Assembly: GCA_051294375.1 (NCBI GenBank)
Contig: CM119267.1
Location: forward strand, 6,251,992 to 6,315,991
DNA: 64,000 nt
Direction: 5' to 3'
Source of the DNA: Paraspadella gotoi
Lineage: Eukaryota; Animalia; Chaetognatha
The notes beneath the pieces are model-generated. The model did not search any database, was not told the origin of the DNA, and saw only the letters and a program-made list of their open reading frames with translations. Position numbers and translations under genes: made by a program. Shown one piece after another: positions 60,629 through 64,000 of the stretch. Each line of letters starts with the position of its first letter. Positions within the stretch are counted from its first letter, which is position 1.

Positions 60629-63104
60629 ATGACTGCTTCCGACGTTACTCCGGTCAGCACGTTGTTCGTCCGTTGCCTTCCTTACGCGACGACTGATAAA
60701 GAGCTGGAAAAGGTTTTTTCCGAGATCGGCCCGTTGCAACAGTGCTTCACCGTCAAGGACGACAAGAATGCCTCCCTCTCCAAAGGCTACGGCATCGTAA
60801 GATTCTCCTCGTGGAAAGACGCCAAGCGAGCCAAGGAGACAATCAACGTGATCGGCGGCCGACGAGTGCAGATCAACTATTCGAAACCGCGCGAAACTTT
60901 GAGGGAGAGGAAAAAGAAAAAAAAGAATGAAAAGGAAGAGATCGAGGATGAAAAGTCGGCACCAAAGGTCAAAGCTCCGCCATCCTTCGACGCACCGAAC
61001 ACGATCGTCGCCAAATCCCCTTTCAACCTGCTGGCTCTCAATCTCGGTCCGGAGTCCGCGGCGGAGCTCGAACGTTTAGTCCGTAATTTTTCTGGCTTTC
61101 TCTCCGTCTCTAGAACGGAAGGGAAGCGTTCCGGATTCCATATCGCTTTCTCCTCTAAACACTGGGCCAAGAGGGCGAAGGACGCTTTGAGGCGAAAGTC
61201 GGTGGGCGGGAAAAAATTGAACCTTATGTCCGAGTCGCAGGAAAAGTCGGTTTTCGCCGCGTCGAGGAAGAATCGTCTCATCGTAAGAAATCTTCCGTTC
61301 AAAATCGATGAGGCTGCGCTTGCGTCGGCCTTTTCCAAATTCGGCGACGTCCAAGAGGCCTCTATTCCTCTGCGACCGGACGGAAAGATGTTCGGTTTTG
61401 GGTTCGTGCAGTTTGGACGGCCGGAGGAAGCGGCTGTGGCGTTAAAGGTTATGGGGATTATAAGTTTTGATTTCTTTATTTGAGATAAAAAAAATCTTTG
61501 GTAAATGTTTTTTTTGAATTACTCTTTAGGAAATGAATCTTTCGAAATTGCTGGGTCGCCAAATCGCAGTGGATTGGTCAGTCCCGAAGAAATTATATCA
61601 GGAAAAAGCATCGGTGGCCGCAAAGAAAGAGGAAGAGGACGATGCAATGGAAGTCGAAGAAGATGACGACGAAGACGCAGACGAAGACGACAACGAAGAC
61701 GCAGACGAAGATGACAACGATGACATGGACTGCGAAGACGACGACGACGATGATGATGATGACGAAGTTGCCAAAGAAAAGGATTGGAGCGAACACAGCG
61801 ATAAAGGCGAACCAACGGCTGCCTTAAATTCTTCGAATGTTGACGCCGCGAATGAAGACGATTTCGATAGAGAGGCTTGGGAAAAACGGAAAAAGATCGA
61901 AAGCGGAAAGGACGTGGAGGAAGGAAGGACAGTCTTCTTTCGTAACGTGGATTTTGCGATCGACGAGTTGGCCTTAAGCGAATTCTGTCGCACCTTTGGC
62001 GAGGTCGTCCTTTCCCGCATCGTCTACGACAATGCGACCGGACATTCGAAAGGCTGCGCCTTTGTTCAGTTTAAGACAAAGGCCGGGGCCGAGGCCTGTC
62101 TTCAATCTGGCACGGAAAACGAGGGCCTACGACTCGGCAGTCAAACCATGGTCGTCAATTTGGCGTTGCCGCGGAAGGAAGCCAAGAAATTGACGATGAT
62201 GTGCCAAAGGGCGGAAGCTAAGATGCCCTCAGACAAAAGAAACCTTTACTTGGCGAGGGAAGGGTTCGTACGTCCAGGTTCCGAAGCCGCCGAGGGCGTC
62301 TCCGCCGCGGATATGAACCGACGAATGAAATTGATTGCTTTAAAAAAGCAAAAGCTCAAGAACACCAACTTCTTCGTCTCCGACACTCGACTCAGCATCC
62401 ACAATCTCCCGGCGACCTGCGACGAGAAGCGTTTAAAGAAAGTCTTTCTGACGGCGGCGGTGGATGGCGGCGTCAAGGGCGCCCGAATGACCGAGTGCCG
62501 CATCATGCGCGACGAGAAACGTCTCAGCGCTAAAGGAGTCGGGAAATCTCGAGGATTTGGATTCGTATCTTTCGATACTCACGAGGCCGCCCTTGCCGCG
62601 CTCAGGCACTCCAACAACAACCCGGATCTCGTGGGGGAAAAGAAACGCCTCATCGTCGAGTTTTCCGTCGAGAGCGCGAGGGCGCTGCTGATCAAGAAAA
62701 AACGGCTGGAGAAAGCCAAATTGTCGGCGCCTCGAGACGACGACGCAAAAGGCGCAAAGTCGGAGCTTACGACCGGAAAAAAGGACGCGCGAGCTGGCGA
62801 CGTCGGAAAATACAGCGGGTTCAAGGCAGCGAAGGGAAAAGGAAACCCGGGCCTACCGAAGCGATTGGGAGCTAAAACTCGGCGCAGGGACAGAAAAAGC
62901 GAAAAGCGCGAAAGTAATGCGAAAAACGATAATAAATCCAGGTCAATGAACGACGATAAAAGAAAGAAAAATAAGAAAGTGAAGAATAAAACAAAAAAAT
63001 CGGATGACAAAGAGGAGTCGCGTTTTCAAACTTTGTTGAAAAAGTACAAGAAGGGAGATGAAGCGAAGTTTAACAAGCCGAAGACAAAAAAGTGGGACGA
63101 TTAG
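60629..63104 (+). CDS. RBM28: RNA-binding protein 28 (Nop4), exons 60629-61447 and 61530-63104
   Basis: Four RRMs (TLFVRCLP, RLIVRNLPF, TVFFRNVDF, RLSIHNLP), an acidic linker, DKRNLYLAREG, and NNNPD..KKRLIVEFS.E. Confidence 0.93.
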
Positions 63105-63484
63105 GCGATTGTGTTGTTATTTCTGTTATTCGTTATGGATGTTAACAATCATGTTTGATCCGGCTACATCTATGTGAAAAGTTGGATCGAAAGATGTGAT
63201 GATTTTGTTTTACTTGCAGGTTTATTATGAAGTCACTATGACGTCAATACTTTACAGTGACGTCAAAAATCCATGACAATTAAACTGATAACCGTCGACG
63301 GGTTAATGGTCGGGGCGAAAACGCACTTGAACATCGCAAAAAAACTTTTTTTTAATTTATTTATTTTTTTCGATCTCGATTCGTTAACATAATTTTCACC
63401 CTCAGCTCGGCTTGAAGCTAATTCTTGTAACCTTTGATCATCTATATCACGGTGAATCTGTAAAAAAAAAAACTTTTTGTCGCT

Positions 63485-64000
63485 ATGAACGTGATGTCTC
63501 ACGACGCCAACTTCCACCTTCTCAACCTCGGCGGCGGCGACTGGGAAGACAGCACCCCGGAGGAAAAGTTGCGGAATCAAGCTTTTTACGAGTTCGTTTT
63601 CAAGGAAAGCCTGCTCGGTCGAGTTCAGCGCTACTTTCTGTGGCCCATGGAAAAGGTTCACGAAGCCCTCGCCGAATACATGAAGCTGCTCATACTCAAG
63701 GAGGAGCTGGAGGATTTCGACGGTCGCATTGTTCTGGCGCCTCCGATCCTGGCCCGGGTCTGGGAAAACCACATAGTCGACACGGCCGAGTATCGCAACG
63801 GTTTGGAAAAGATTCTCGGTTCCGGTATGTTTTTGGATCACAATCCCGACCTCATGACGTCTCTGACGGAAGAGGTGAGGGCGGAAAAGGTTTCCCAGCT
63901 GACCCTGTTCTACAAAGGGAAGTTCGGACGCGATCCGAACCCGTTATACTGGAGTTTCGACGAGTCGGCCTCGAATTACTATCCCCCTGGCAACAGATTC
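63485..64000 (+). CDS. Partial gene running off the window; glycine-rich-domain-containing protein (GRDP/DUF1399)-like domain
   Basis: Open frame absent from the ORF track (no stop in window): W..EK..EAL.EYMKLL.LK...APPILARVWENHIVDTAEY...FLDHNPD...YKGKFGRDPNPLYW. Confidence 0.6.
   Translation, partial: MNVMSHDANFHLLNLGGGDWEDSTPEEKLRNQAFYEFVFKESLLGRVQRYFLWPMEKVHEALAEYMKLLILKEELEDFDGRIVLAPPILARVWENHIVDTAEYRNGLEKILGSGMFLDHNPDLMTSLTEEVRAEKVSQLTLFYKGKFGRDPNPLYWSFDESASNYYPPGNRF

Overview
This is eukaryotic, not prokaryotic, DNA: a compact invertebrate-type animal genome segment with GC-rich exons and AT-rich GT-AG introns. The taxon cannot be fixed from the sequence. It holds about 16 genes, all on the + strand: EXO5, a DUF4336-like gene, CYBA, SIRT4, a PNPOx-like gene, a NO VEIN-like gene, THOP1/NLN, a large RRM + multi-Tudor gene, USP32, ADAR2-like, METTL14, FAM210B, a LYR microprotein resembling altMIEF1, EXOC2, RBM28 and a partial GRDP-like gene. 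Two more genes are nested in introns: intronless PAN3 antisense inside EXO5, and an orphan 360-aa ORF on the same strand inside the Tudor gene. The most notable pattern is the one-way gene array, with gaps as short as 90-130 bp and 3' splice-acceptor-like sites just upstream of many ATGs. This suggests polycistronic transcription or trans-splicing, but that is inference only. Non-coding finds include two Penelope-type minimal hammerhead ribozyme motifs in a probable Tudor-gene intron, a tRNA-derived structured element, a hAT MITE with an 8-bp TSD, a solo-LTR candidate upstream of ADAR and a dispersed partial-tandem repeat. Exon boundaries and family calls were made by eye without database searches.
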